From positions 32,001 through 96,000 of the forward strand of contig CAWAWS010000039.1 of the NCBI GenBank assembly GCA_963785725.1: a stretch of DNA of 64,000 nucleotides, written 5' to 3'. Every line of letters starts with the position of its first letter. Position 1 is the first letter of the stretch. Both the position numbers and the translations under genes were made by a program. The stretch is from an uncultured delta proteobacterium (GTDB taxonomy: Bacteria > Myxococcota_A > Polyangia > Palsa-1104). The notes under the pieces are model-generated. The model saw only the letters and a list, made by a program, of their open reading frames with translations, was not told the DNA's origin and made no database searches. Shown here in pieces: positions 11,101-21,037 of this stretch.

Positions 11101-12019
11101 AGAGCACGTCAGGCGGTTGTCTGGTGGCCACCGTGACCTCATCGACCGTTCCCACCCTGGCCGAGCTCACCGGGACACCCGTCGCTCTCGTCGACATCCC
11201 AGCAGCTCCCAACCCGCCCGCGCCTGCGCCCAGCCACGGCTATTGGCTCGTCGGATCGGACGGCGGCATCTTCAGCTTCGGTTCCGCACAGTTCTACGGC
11301 TCGACCGGAAGCATCAAGCTCCAACGGCCCGTCGTCGGCATCGTTCCGACGAAAGACGACGGTGGCTACTGGCTCGACGCCTCTGACGGCGGGGTCTTCA
11401 GCTACGGCGATACGCAGTTCTACGGTTCGATCCCGGGTCTCGGGCTCCACCCGGCAGGCTCAGGGCTCCCCAACAGCCTCAATGCCCCCATCGTCGGCAT
11501 GGTGCCCTCCAACGACGACAACGGGTACTTCATGGTCGCCTCCGACGGCGGGGTGTTTGCGTTCGGCGACGCCCACTTCGCCGGGTCTTGCCCTGGCATC
11601 GGTGGCTGCTCTGGTGCAGCCGTTTCCGTCATGCCCGACGCCAGCGGCAGCGGCTACTGGCTCGTGACCCAAACTGGAAACGTCTACACGTTCGGCGATG
11701 CTCCGTATTACGGCGCTCCCGGCAGCACCAGGTCCCCCGTGACCTCGGCGGTGAGAACACCTGATGGGAAGGGCTACTGGATCCTCACGGCAAATGGCAC
11801 CGTCTACAACTACGGCGACGCTGCAAGCGATGGCGACGCCACCGGCGCTTTCGGTGGCTCGAATCCGGCCAGCCGCTGATCTTCACCACCTCGGACGGAG
11901 GCGGTTACTGGATCGCCTCGGGGAACGGGACAGTGGACCAGTACGGCGACGCTCCCAACGACGGCGGCATGTCAAGTGCGCCTCTGAACGGAGCGATCAT
12001 CGCAGCGACGGGGTTCTGA
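8189..12019 (+). CDS. Large secreted surface protein: Cys-rich repeats, Ig-like group 3 domains, InlB B-type repeat, C-terminal GYWLVxSDGG repeats (several frameshifts)
   Basis: Signal peptide; VSC.S..FC.AVG repeats; PTGTVTF..YSGD Ig-like units; RAGYSFSGWNTKPDGSG; reading continues across ORFs 8165, 8922, 10528, 10718 and 10830 to TGA at 12017-12019. Confidence 0.75.
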
Positions 12020-12489
12020 GAGCAGGCCGAGTCCGGATGAACAGGTCCGGTAGGCGGCTCTGAGACCGGCACTCCTGCCCCAAGGTGCCGCCAGATGACC
12101 ACATCCCGGCGAACGAAGAGGCCGTCAGATCTCGGCTGACACCACCCCAACCGACGAGGGCGTACAGTCTCAACCATGATTGTCGAGCAAGAAGTTGGTT
12201 CGTGAAGAAACTGGGGAGTCTGTCGTGGCGGGCTCGGGGTTCTGGCGCCACCTGCACCGCCGAGGTCGACCATCCCATTCGCGGCTACAAAGTCAATCCC
12301 AAGTACCGGTCGAGCCCTACCGCTCTGTCCGGGCCCGAGGGGCAAACTCCCACCGTGTCATGGATCTCTTTTGACGGGGACATCTATTGGGTTCGACTCT
12401 CGGCGGCCAACGGTTGGCCGCGTTCGATTCGCATAACCCAAGCCGATGTCGACGGAGCGAGAGGGTAAAGACCGCATCGCTCGCCTGTT

Positions 12490-12529
12490 CCACGATCTCG
12501 AGATCAGGCCCACGATCTCGACATCAGGC
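12490..12529 (+). repeat. 20-bp tandem duplication
   Basis: ccacgatctcgagatcaggc followed by ccacgatctcgacatcaggc (19/20 identical). Confidence 0.8.
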
Positions 12530-12576
12530 GCAGGGGCGACGGTCTTGCTGCAATCCTCGAACGGGATATTCCGAGG

Positions 12577-12603
12577 ACTTCCCCGGCGGCGGTGCATGGA
12601 GGT
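12577..12603 (+). repeat. Cassette-junction site, degenerate copy
   Basis: acttccccggcggcggtgcatggaggt; 18/20 match to 30241-30260; stem ACTTCC/GGAGGT. Confidence 0.5.
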
Positions 12604-12673
12604 GAGACGCGGGCACCCTTGGCCGATCACGCTGGCCGGCGGAGGTCGGAGGTCGGAGGTCTGGCCCGGCTCG

Positions 12674-13336
12674 TCACGAAGTCAGCAGGCCCCTGATGCC
12701 GTCGGCAACGAGATACAGACCCACGAGTAGGTACACCAGAACAGCAATTGTCGGGCCGGCCCGCACCACCCGATCCCTGAGTGCTTCCAGGTGCTCTTGG
12801 GCCTCACCGGGACGCCGGGCGAAGTAGACAAACGTCAGACCGACTGTGGCAGTCGAGACCACCATGAAGACGAGGAACGCCAGCAGAGCGATTTCCCACG
12901 CGACGTGATCACGAATCACGACAACGGCCGCTGCCGCAGTGAGCGCCCACGGTTGCTTGAGGACCCCGACGATGGCGGCTTGCCACGGGTTCAGCTTTTG
13001 CATGCGATCGGTGAGATTGCGCGAGACCCCGGAGGGTGTTCTCGGCCGATTTCGACGTCGCCCTTGCCGGCCGGCAACCAAGAGGAGTCCCAGGCCAAGC
13101 AGGATCTCCACGATCTCCACAGCAGTCCGGCCTCCACCTTGTTCGGCGGTATGGCTCCCACCCACGGCGTAGCTGATGCCGAACACGACGACCAGCGAGA
13201 CGCTCCAGCCGATCAGGAAGGCAGCGGCGTTGACTTTCGCCCGAGTCGTGGCCAAGAGCAGAAGGAACACCACGATCGTGGCGGGAGACAAGCTGGAGAG
13301 GAGTCCCAACAGCAGGATCGTGATGACCAGGCTCAT
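12674..13336 (-). CDS. GAP/Sap family membrane protein
   Basis: LSPATIVVFLLLL, AFLIGW and TM pattern similar to 7274..7948. Confidence 0.7.
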   Translation of the reverse strand: MSLVITILLLGLLSSLSPATIVVFLLLLATTRAKVNAAAFLIGWSVSLVVVFGISYAVGGSHTAEQGGGRTAVEIVEILLGLGLLLVAGRQGRRRNRPRTPSGVSRNLTDRMQKLNPWQAAIVGVLKQPWALTAAAAVVVIRDHVAWEIALLAFLVFMVVSTATVGLTFVYFARRPGEAQEHLEALRDRVVRAGPTIAVLVYLLVGLYLVADGIRGLLTS

Positions 13337-13414
13337 GGGAGGGCCGGCGCTCCGCAGCCGATTGCTGACGTGACCAATTCTCTTCGCTGCACAGCATCAG
13401 TTGTACCGACCACG

Positions 13415-14302
13415 TCACGTCGTCGGAGCAGGAGACGGGATGCCGCTGGCACTCGCCGGCTCAGAGGCGGGGGGTCCTTCGGCGGAGCCCAACAGCACAA
13501 TGCCGACGATGGCGAGAGCGAGGCCCACTACCGCTGAGGTGACATGCCCAGCGCCGCTGGCAGCAAGCCGCTCTCCGTATACGGCAATACCCAAGATGAC
13601 GCTGGAGAAGAGCGTCACGGCGTTGCTCGACGCCATGGCTGGTGCGAGCACACCAGTCTTGAGCGCTCCCTGCTGCAGGACGAACCCGACTATCGCCGAG
13701 ACGATAAGGACGTAGACCGACCATTCGGCCAGGAGCGAAAGGGCTCCGTGGCCCAACTCACTGACGAAGGTCTTGGTCACGGCGGCCTGGAGCCCGTAGG
13801 CGAAGCCGGCGGCGCACCCGAAGAGAAGCGCCTTCGAGCCACCTTCCATCCTGGTTCCCAGCGCAGCCATCGCACTGACGAGAACCAATGTGCCGAGACA
13901 GGCTCCCCACCACACAGAAGCACTCGGGTTGTTCGTGCCTCCGCTCGGCGCCCCTGCCCACAAGAAGAACATGATGCCGATCAGCACGGCCAAAGCTCCC
14001 AGCCACTCCCGCGGTCCGATGTGCTGTCTGGTGAGCCAGATCCCCAGCGGGAGGGCAATCACCAAGCTCATTGCGGTCAGGCACTGCACCACGACCAACG
14101 GGCCACGATCGAGCGCGGCCGCCTGAAGGATCCACCCGGCAGCCTGAGCGATCATTCCGGCCAACCAGACCGGCTTGTGGAGGATCTCGATCAAGAATCG
14201 TGGATCGTTGTCCCCTGACGAGGTCTGGAGGGTCCCCTTCTGCTGGAGGACCGTTCCAAAGGCAAAGGCCACAGCGGCCAGAGCCGCCAACACGTATGCC
14301 AC
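13415..14302 (-). CDS. DMT superfamily transporter
   Basis: GTVLQQKG, W..G......G..LQAAALDRGPLVVVQ; about 9 TM segments. Confidence 0.85.
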   Translation of the reverse strand: MAYVLAALAAVAFAFGTVLQQKGTLQTSSGDNDPRFLIEILHKPVWLAGMIAQAAGWILQAAALDRGPLVVVQCLTAMSLVIALPLGIWLTRQHIGPREWLGALAVLIGIMFFLWAGAPSGGTNNPSASVWWGACLGTLVLVSAMAALGTRMEGGSKALLFGCAAGFAYGLQAAVTKTFVSELGHGALSLLAEWSVYVLIVSAIVGFVLQQGALKTGVLAPAMASSNAVTLFSSVILGIAVYGERLAASGAGHVTSAVVGLALAIVGIVLLGSAEGPPASEPASASGIPSPAPTT

Positions 14303-14382
14303 GACCTCCCCCTACTCGCTGCTCGTGAACCACCCAGGGCCGAACCAACCTGCGGCCACGGCGCTGCTCATGTGGTGAGCCT

Positions 14383-14414
14383 GTCACCTCCTAGGCCCTG
14401 GCGCTACGGGGCGA
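14383..14414 (+). repeat. Cassette-junction site, degenerate copy
   Basis: gtcacctcctaggccctggcgctacggggcga, between the DMT gene and the MFS fragment. Confidence 0.45.
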
Positions 14415-14635
14415 AGCCGTGGGCAACCGGGCGAGTCAGAAGTTCTTAGCCGCTCCGAGCGATGCAGGGTGGCTCGCAGCCCTCAGGGAAATGTCCAGTG
14501 GATGTGGAAAGCCGACGCTCGCCCCGTCTCCGGAGCGAACACGGCCACAATGGCCCGCCCCCGACCAAGTCAGACCAGCGTGCTCCGCGCCGCCGGAGCG
14601 AGGCGCACCGGTCACCGCCGACAGATGCGGCGACG

Positions 14636-15040
14636 GGTGGGTTGCCGAGAGCGGCTTGGCGATGTCCTCGAGCAACTTCTGTTCGGCATCGACACCGAAG
14701 AAGCCAGCGACCAGCCCGCCGATGACCATCACCCGGGCTCCGATGAGATACCCGATGAAGAGCCGGAAGTGGTCCTGGCCGTTGCCGATGAGCTGACCGT
14801 AGAGCCAGGGCCGAGGGCGCCGAAGGTCTAGGCGATCGCGACGAAGACGGCGATGCCTTCGCCCGGACATCGACAGGAAAGATCTCGCTCACGGTCAAGT
14901 GGGCCGAAGAGGCACCGGCAGAGGCGAAGAAGAAGATGACGCACCAACACGCCGTCTGACTCACCGCGTTCAGGGTGCCGGCATTGAACAGAAGGGCGCT
15001 GATGGCGAGGAGCACCCCTGTCCCGGCGGCGGCGGCGTAG
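14636..15040 (-). pseudogene. C-terminal fragment of an MFS transporter
   Basis: IFFFASAGASSAHLTVSEIFP..VRAK then WLYGQLIG...GVDAEQKLLEDIAKPLSA; frameshift and internal stop; N-terminal portion absent. Confidence 0.75.
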
Positions 15041-15554
15041 ACGATCAGCGCACACTCAGGTCCAGACCACCCACAAGCGTCCGAATCGGTCATAGAGGGC
15101 ATCTCGGTTGGGTTCTGGGTTCTGCCATCCCTTGTCGTGACGTCGGCGCGAACATGGCAGCGTGCCGAACCCACATCGGCTCGCCACAGCACCGATCGCA
15201 CCCTGACGTAGCCCGGAACCGGGCGAATTGATTCGGCGGCCAGTCCCAAGGCGACGGGACCGACAACTCGTCTGAACCCCGCTCATTCCGGCAGCTCAAG
15301 GATTGTGCGTTCGTTGTGTTTATCCGGGCGTACTGTCCAAGCCCAGTGGAAGCGCTCCGACGGCCGCGGGTGGGGGAATGGATGCGCCGCTACTTGCACG
15401 TACTCAGAGGAATGTGGCACAAGACGGGGGACTGCATTGCCGCTGACTGCGACGTCAGGGCAATGCATTTCCCGCCCTCGCGCTACTGCAAGGCGCATAC
15501 CGATTAGGCGGCGGCAACACACCAGTCGGTCGGTTTCAGCGCAGTTCAGCGGGA

Positions 15555-15580
15555 GGTAGCTTCCCGGGTACCAGGGGCAG
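15555..15580 (+). repeat. Cassette-junction site, degenerate copy
   Basis: ggtagcttcccgggtaccaggggcag, 17 nt from the stop of the transglycosylase gene. Confidence 0.45.
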
Positions 15581-15597
15581 TCGGGACGCCACACCCA

Positions 15598-16569
15598 TCA
15601 AGCCGGCCGCGTCGCCCCCACGAAGAGCAGGCTCCCGAAGGGCACGCCCGGTGTGACGGGGAAATCCTCGGCCCGCACATCGGCGCCCGTGTGCGGCACG
15701 TCGACCATCACGTCCTGGTCGTTGACCACGCCGACGAACAGCCCAACGTGGTCGATGGACCCCGGCCCGCTCCCGAAGAAAACGAGATCGCCCGGCGCCA
15801 GTGCGGCGCCCGGTGCCAGCTTCCTCGTGGCGTCGTACTGGTCCTCGGCCACTCGGGGCAACGCCACCCCAGCCACCGCATAGGCGGCCTGCACGAGGCC
15901 CGAGCAGTCGAAGCCCACGCCGGGCGTCTCGCCGCCCCAGAGGTACGGCGTGCCGATCTGCGAGAGGGCCCATGAGACAGCTACGGCGCCCGCGCTATCG
16001 TCCACCACCGGCGTCGCCGTGACCGCCCCCGCTCCGGCCGATGCCGCGGCGTAGGACTCTGCCAGCGCGAGCACCTGCGCCACATACGTAGCCGAGTGGT
16101 TGTAGGCGTACACGGCGTCCGACAGGTCGGCCCCGCCAGCCGCCCCGTCAGCGCAGAGGAGACGGGCTGCCGCATATACGGCGTCCGTCGGGTCGTAAGG
16201 GCTCGGCGGGTTGGCCCCGCCGACAGGCACCGGCTCGTCGTAGGCTGCAAAGGTCTTCGGCAGAAACTGCATGGGCCCTTCGGCCCCGGCCGAATTGGCG
16301 CCGTCGTGCACGCCGGGGAGGTTCGACTGACCATTGTCCGACTCGATTGTGCCGATGGCAGCCAGGATCGTCCAAGGCAGTCCCAGGCAGGTGCCGGCCG
16401 CCTGCTGGTAGAGCGTCAGCATGGTGGTAGGGAACTGCGCTATCGCTGCCGAAGATGCCGCAGGAGCACCGCCGCCACCGAGCAGCGAGGCCGCCGAAGC
16501 CAGAATCGCCGTCCCAATAAAAGCCGCGGCCAGCCCGACCGCCAGTCCGGCGGCAACCAGGCCCTTCAC
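15598..16569 (-). CDS. Bifunctional lytic transglycosylase / NlpC-P60 peptidase (conjugation-type cell wall hydrolase)
   Basis: WTILAAIGTIES..GAEGPMQF (SLT) plus GTPYLWGG..FDCSGLV..DHVG (C40). Confidence 0.9.
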   Translation of the reverse strand: MKGLVAAGLAVGLAAAFIGTAILASAASLLGGGGAPAASSAAIAQFPTTMLTLYQQAAGTCLGLPWTILAAIGTIESDNGQSNLPGVHDGANSAGAEGPMQFLPKTFAAYDEPVPVGGANPPSPYDPTDAVYAAARLLCADGAAGGADLSDAVYAYNHSATYVAQVLALAESYAAASAGAGAVTATPVVDDSAGAVAVSWALSQIGTPYLWGGETPGVGFDCSGLVQAAYAVAGVALPRVAEDQYDATRKLAPGAALAPGDLVFFGSGPGSIDHVGLFVGVVNDQDVMVDVPHTGADVRAEDFPVTPGVPFGSLLFVGATRPA

Positions 16570-16650
16570 CGGACCTCACCGCGCCTACGCGGGACTGTAA
16601 GTGCCACGTCGGGGAACGGTCGCCCGCGTTTCCCGTCAGAACGTCACTAC

Positions 16651-16679
16651 CTCGCCTCCGAGCTGGCGTAGGGGGACGC
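16651..16679 (+). repeat. Cassette-junction site, degenerate copy
   Basis: ctcgcctccgagctggcgtagggggacgc, 20 nt from the DUF899 stop at 16700. Confidence 0.45.
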
Positions 16680-16699
16680 TTTCGGTCCCGCAAGACCCA

Positions 16700-17538
16700 T
16701 CAGTGGCAGTGATCCGGAGGAAGCGCTGTACCCGCGTCCGCTGCTCCCAGATCGTCCGAGTGCCCGGCTTCGAGCCGCGGCCATTGCGAGGTCGGACGAC
16801 CGCCTGGCCACGTCCGCAGGGGAGGCCAGTCTGGAGCCCCGCCCAGTGTCCGGGTCGCATGCCCGCGCCGGGCCAGCCCACAGGCGAGTCCTCCCAGTCC
16901 TCCTGCCTGCCGAACACGCTGATGTCCATGAGCGCGTAGCTGTAGTCCAGGACCTCGGCGCCACGACGCTTGGTCCAGTACGTCTCGAAAACCCGGTCGC
17001 CATCGCGCAGGTAGCACACCAGATGAAATAGACCGTGCTCGCGGTCGACGAGGAGCGCGTCAAGTGAGGGCTGGGCCGAGTACCACGGCATGTCCCAGCC
17101 CATGAAGGTGCGATAGATGAGGCTCTCGTCGTATGACGTCTGCGCATCGCCGGGGCCACAGGCAGTGTTCCGGCCCTGGCAGAGCACTGCGAACGTGATG
17201 TCGCGAGAGTACAGGTACGCAAGCTCGCCCACATGACTCATCACCCACGTACAGCCTTCGCACTGCTCGGCCGCAGGTCGGCGCGGCCACCACATGAAGT
17301 AGTAGGCAATGAGCTGACGCCGGCCTTCGAACGCGTCAAGCAACGTCACTGGGCCCTTCGGCCCCAGCAAGGGACTGTTTGCGGCGACCTCGACCATCGG
17401 CAGCCGGCGGCGGGCGGCAGCGATCGCGTCCCCTTCACGGGTGTGTGCCTTCTCCCTCGCCCGAAGCGCCTCCAGTTGCTCGTGAAACGTCGAGCGGTCT
17501 ACCACCGTTGGTTGAGGTCTGTTCTCGTCCTGGGACAT
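16700..17538 (-). CDS. DUF899 thioredoxin-like protein (frameshift near 16840)
   Basis: REKAHTREGDAIAAARRRLPMV, QCEGC, GRQEDWEDSP.GWP; C-terminus GRPTSQWPRLEAGHSDDL lies in the 16700..17017 frame. Confidence 0.85.
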
Positions 17539-17895
17539 CCGCACCTCGCCTGATCGCCTCCTTGCGGCTATGTGTTAGTACCCGCGACGGTAGCGACGGT
17601 CAGCGATGTCGCATGAGCAGAGTCTCGCCGATCCTGACCACAGTCCTCGAAGTGCGGCCGGGTGGCACCCGGTCCCGGCGAGCTCCTATCACTTGTCAAC
17701 CCCTCCTTGGGGGCTCGGGAGTGAAAACAGCGGACACGACATTGATCAGTCACTCGAGGTGAGGACGTACGGGGGCATCCCCTGAAACTAGGGCGTATGG
17801 AGTTGACGGACGAAGCCATTGGCCAGATCGATAGTGTGCGATGGCGGCAGGTCCAAGGTCGGTTCGCCGGCGGCCTCAAAGCCCGGAGGTGAGGG

Positions 17896-18279
17896 ATGGC
17901 ACAACCCGTAGTGCACTTCGAGGTCATCGGAGAAGACCCAGCGCGACTCCGTGACTACTTTTCGGAGCTCTTCGGGTGGAGCTTTGCGGCGCCCTCGCCC
18001 GTAGCCGACGAAGTGTCTGCACCAGACGAATATGGGTTCTTGGATGTCATTGTCGCCGACGATGGGACAGGCATCCGCGGTGGGGTGGGTGGCGGGCCGT
18101 CTTATGAAGGCCACGCCGTGTTCTACGTAGGAGTGCCAGACGTCGGAGTTGCATTGCAACGAGCCGCAGACCTAGGAGGTACGCGAGTCATGGGTCCCGT
18201 GACGTCTCCCAACGGGCTCGTTGTCGGCCATTTCAAAGATCCTGAAGGTACTCTCATCGGGGTGGCAGGTCCCTCGTAA
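17896..18279 (+). CDS. VOC/glyoxalase family protein
   Basis: PVVHFEVIG, FYVGVPDV, GHFKDPEG motifs. Confidence 0.9.
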   Translation: MAQPVVHFEVIGEDPARLRDYFSELFGWSFAAPSPVADEVSAPDEYGFLDVIVADDGTGIRGGVGGGPSYEGHAVFYVGVPDVGVALQRAADLGGTRVMGPVTSPNGLVVGHFKDPEGTLIGVAGPS

Positions 18280-18285
18280 CGACGA

Positions 18286-18312
18286 CTCGCTTCCGGCGTA
18301 CTGGGCGACCCC
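18286..18312 (+). repeat. Cassette-junction hairpin site copy
   Basis: ctcgcttccggcgtactgggcgacccc, 6 nt after the VOC stop. Confidence 0.7.
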
Positions 18313-18349
18313 GTGGGCGCCAGGATCGATGCAAAATGGAAGCACCTGT

Positions 18350-18553
18350 GTCCATCGAAGCGCGTCAATTCCATTGACCAACTTCCTCAGCGTTGTTCCG
18401 CACGCCTGGCATACCTCGCGGAGCTCGACGAGGTCCAGACGACGTGGGCCTCGCTCGTACTCGCTGATGAAGGACCGTGGTCCATCTATCGCCTCTGCGA
18501 GGTCAGTCTGTCTGAGATCGGTTCGCTCGCGAATCTCGCGTAGTACTTTCCTT
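18350..18553 (-). pseudogene. XRE-family HTH regulator remnant
   Basis: Manual translation RKVLREIRERTDLRQTDLAEAIDGPRSFISEYERGPRRLDLVELREVCQACG; preceded by an in-frame TGA, no start codon. Confidence 0.7.
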
Positions 18554-18642
18554 CAGCGTGTCCTAACTTGGTGGCCGCCAGGTAGCTATCCTTTTGTCGA
18601 CGGTGCACCCTGCATCGCGTGGGCCGTCGGAGGGGACCCACA

Positions 18643-20964
18643 ATGAGACGCCTTGAATCTGGACGCATTCGGCGCCACTATTCAAATGCCGCTGAATGGC
18701 TAAGGGAGCTGTCTACCTTCAAGGCGACCGTCTTCTGCCTTCTCGTTCCTCTGCTCTCTGTCGGCGTCGTGCTGTCTGAGTCTTCGGTCTCCGGGGCCAG
18801 CCCTGTGCTATCCATCTCGATCTCGGGCGACCACTTCGTCAACCAGAATGGACTCACCGTCCGGCTCTCGGGTGTGAATGTGCCCGGTTCCGAGTACGCC
18901 TGCGAACAGGGCTGGGGTTATGGAGGGTTGGAAGGCTCAAGCCCGGCCCAGGACGCAGAAACGGCTGCCACAATCGCTGCTTGGGACGCCGATGCGGTAC
19001 GGGTGCCGCTCAACGAGGACTGCTGGCTCGGTCTCAACGGACAGCCTTCCTTCGGCAGCCAGTCCGGATACCAACAGTCCATCGAAGACTGGGTGAACGC
19101 ACTCAACGCGGACGGCATCTACGTCATATTGGATCTGCACTGGTCAGCACCAGGGACCACGGTGGCCGACGGTCAACGCCCCATGCCCGACAACCACTCG
19201 GCAGCCTTCTGGACCTCGGTGGCCACGACCTTCAAGAGCAACTCAGCCGTGGTCTTCGACATTTTCAATGAGCCGTACTCGCCGGCTGCAGACGGATTCA
19301 CCAACTGGCCTGTGAGCTGGTCATGCTGGCTGAACGGCGGGTGCACCGTTCCGGACTCGGCTGACGGCCAGACCCCGAACCCGAGCCAGACCTACACCGC
19401 CGTGGGTATGCAAACTCTTGTGAATGCAATCCGCACCACCGGGTCGAGCCAGCCGATCATGGTGGGTGGGCTGAGTTACGCCAACGATCTCTCTGGGTGG
19501 CTGGCCAACGAGCCCACCGATCCTGACGGCCAACTCGCGGCCTCCTTCCACAACTACGACGGCGAGAGCTGCGATTCCCTCAGTTGCTGGAACAGCATCG
19601 TTGCCCCGGTCGCAGCCGAACGGCCGGTGGTGACTGGGGAGTTCGACCAGGGATACGACTGTCTTAACGGCCCGCAAAACGACGGGTTCGACAACGCCTA
19701 CATGAACTGGGCCGATCAGAACGGCGTCAGCTACCTCGCCTGGGGCTGGTGGGAACTGAACCCTGGATCTCCCACCCCTGGTTGCAGTACTTACTCCGAT
19801 GACGGCAACAGCACATACGCCCTCATCGACGGCAGTGGCAATGCCTTGGCGCCCGACGGGACGGCGCTACAAACACACCTGGCTGCGCTCTCCGGGTCGA
19901 TACCCGCCCCTGGACTGATCGGGATCAGCCCCACATCTGGGCCAGAGGCTGGTGGCACCGCGGTCGTCATTACCGGGACCAACTTCACTGGAGCCAGCAA
20001 TGTCTCGTTCGGCTCGACGTCAGCGGCTACCTTCACTGTTGACTCGGCCACCGAGATCACAGCTACGTCGCCCGTGGGCACCGGCACGGTCAACGTGACC
20101 GTCACCACTTCAGCCGGTGTCACCGACACGTCAGCGGCCGACCAGTTCACTTATATGGGGTCAAGTTGCGATCCGCCGAGCTTCACCAGCCCTGGCTCGG
20201 CCACGGCGGCCGCGGGTGTCCCCTTCACCTTCACGGTGACGACCTGTAGCACGTCGACGCCCGTCATCAAGGCGTCTCACCTCCCAGCAGGCCTTCGGCT
20301 GGTCAGTAACGACAACGGCACGGCGACGATCTCGGGGACACCCGCGGCTCACGATTCCGGCGCATACGCGGCGAACGTCACGGCTACGGTCAAGGGTCAG
20401 CCGGCTGCCACTCAGAGCTTCGTTATCACCGTGGACAACGCCCCGGTCTTCAAGTCCAAGACTCTGTACACCGCCCACGACGGGGTCTCCTTCACCTACC
20501 TGATCACCACCCAATACGCCTACCCGACACCCACGATCACCACGACTTCGACCCTTCCTACCGGGATAACCCTCACCGACAATGCCAACGGCAGTGCCAC
20601 ACTGGGGGGCACGCCAGGTCCGAACGCCGGTGGCGTCTACCGGATCACGATTACCGGTACCAACGGGATCGGGGTTCCGGTCAACCAGTCCTTTGTACTG
20701 ATCGTCTACCAGTCGCCGGTGATCGCCCCCATCGACACCACCACGATCACCAGGGGGGTGGCCATGACGCCCCTTCCGATCACGGTTACCGGGTACCCGG
20801 ACCCTAAAGTCCGAGCCTCGGGGCTGCCCCAGGGGATCACGCTGGCCTCTGGGTCCATCGCGGGAACAACCTCGGTGGCATCGGGCGCTTACACCGTGAA
20901 GATCACCGCATCAAGCACGGCTGGATCGACGACGCAGACCATCACCCTCACCGTCAACTCATAG
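18643..20964 (+). CDS. Secreted GH5 cellulase-like glycoside hydrolase with IPT/TIG and Ig-like domains
   Basis: VRVPLNEDCW, ILDLHW, FNEP (acid/base), VVTGEF (nucleophile), SYLAWGW; ISPTSGPEAGGT TIG domain. Confidence 0.88.
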   Translation: MRRLESGRIRRHYSNAAEWLRELSTFKATVFCLLVPLLSVGVVLSESSVSGASPVLSISISGDHFVNQNGLTVRLSGVNVPGSEYACEQGWGYGGLEGSSPAQDAETAATIAAWDADAVRVPLNEDCWLGLNGQPSFGSQSGYQQSIEDWVNALNADGIYVILDLHWSAPGTTVADGQRPMPDNHSAAFWTSVATTFKSNSAVVFDIFNEPYSPAADGFTNWPVSWSCWLNGGCTVPDSADGQTPNPSQTYTAVGMQTLVNAIRTTGSSQPIMVGGLSYANDLSGWLANEPTDPDGQLAASFHNYDGESCDSLSCWNSIVAPVAAERPVVTGEFDQGYDCLNGPQNDGFDNAYMNWADQNGVSYLAWGWWELNPGSPTPGCSTYSDDGNSTYALIDGSGNALAPDGTALQTHLAALSGSIPAPGLIGISPTSGPEAGGTAVVITGTNFTGASNVSFGSTSAATFTVDSATEITATSPVGTGTVNVTVTTSAGVTDTSAADQFTYMGSSCDPPSFTSPGSATAAAGVPFTFTVTTCSTSTPVIKASHLPAGLRLVSNDNGTATISGTPAAHDSGAYAANVTATVKGQPAATQSFVITVDNAPVFKSKTLYTAHDGVSFTYLITTQYAYPTPTITTTSTLPTGITLTDNANGSATLGGTPGPNAGGVYRITITGTNGIGVPVNQSFVLIVYQSPVIAPIDTTTITRGVAMTPLPITVTGYPDPKVRASGLPQGITLASGSIAGTTSVASGAYTVKITASSTAGSTTQTITLTVNS

Positions 20965-20983
20965 GCAAGCCGAAGCACCCTAC

Positions 20984-21013
20984 GCGCCACACACCCGGCA
21001 GCGAGGGTCACCC
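20984..21013 (+). repeat. Cassette-junction site copy
   Basis: gcgccacacacccggcagcgagggtcaccc, between the convergent GH5 and cyclase genes. Confidence 0.55.
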
Positions 21014-21037
21014 GAGCCTGCGTGGCTACGTGCCGGA

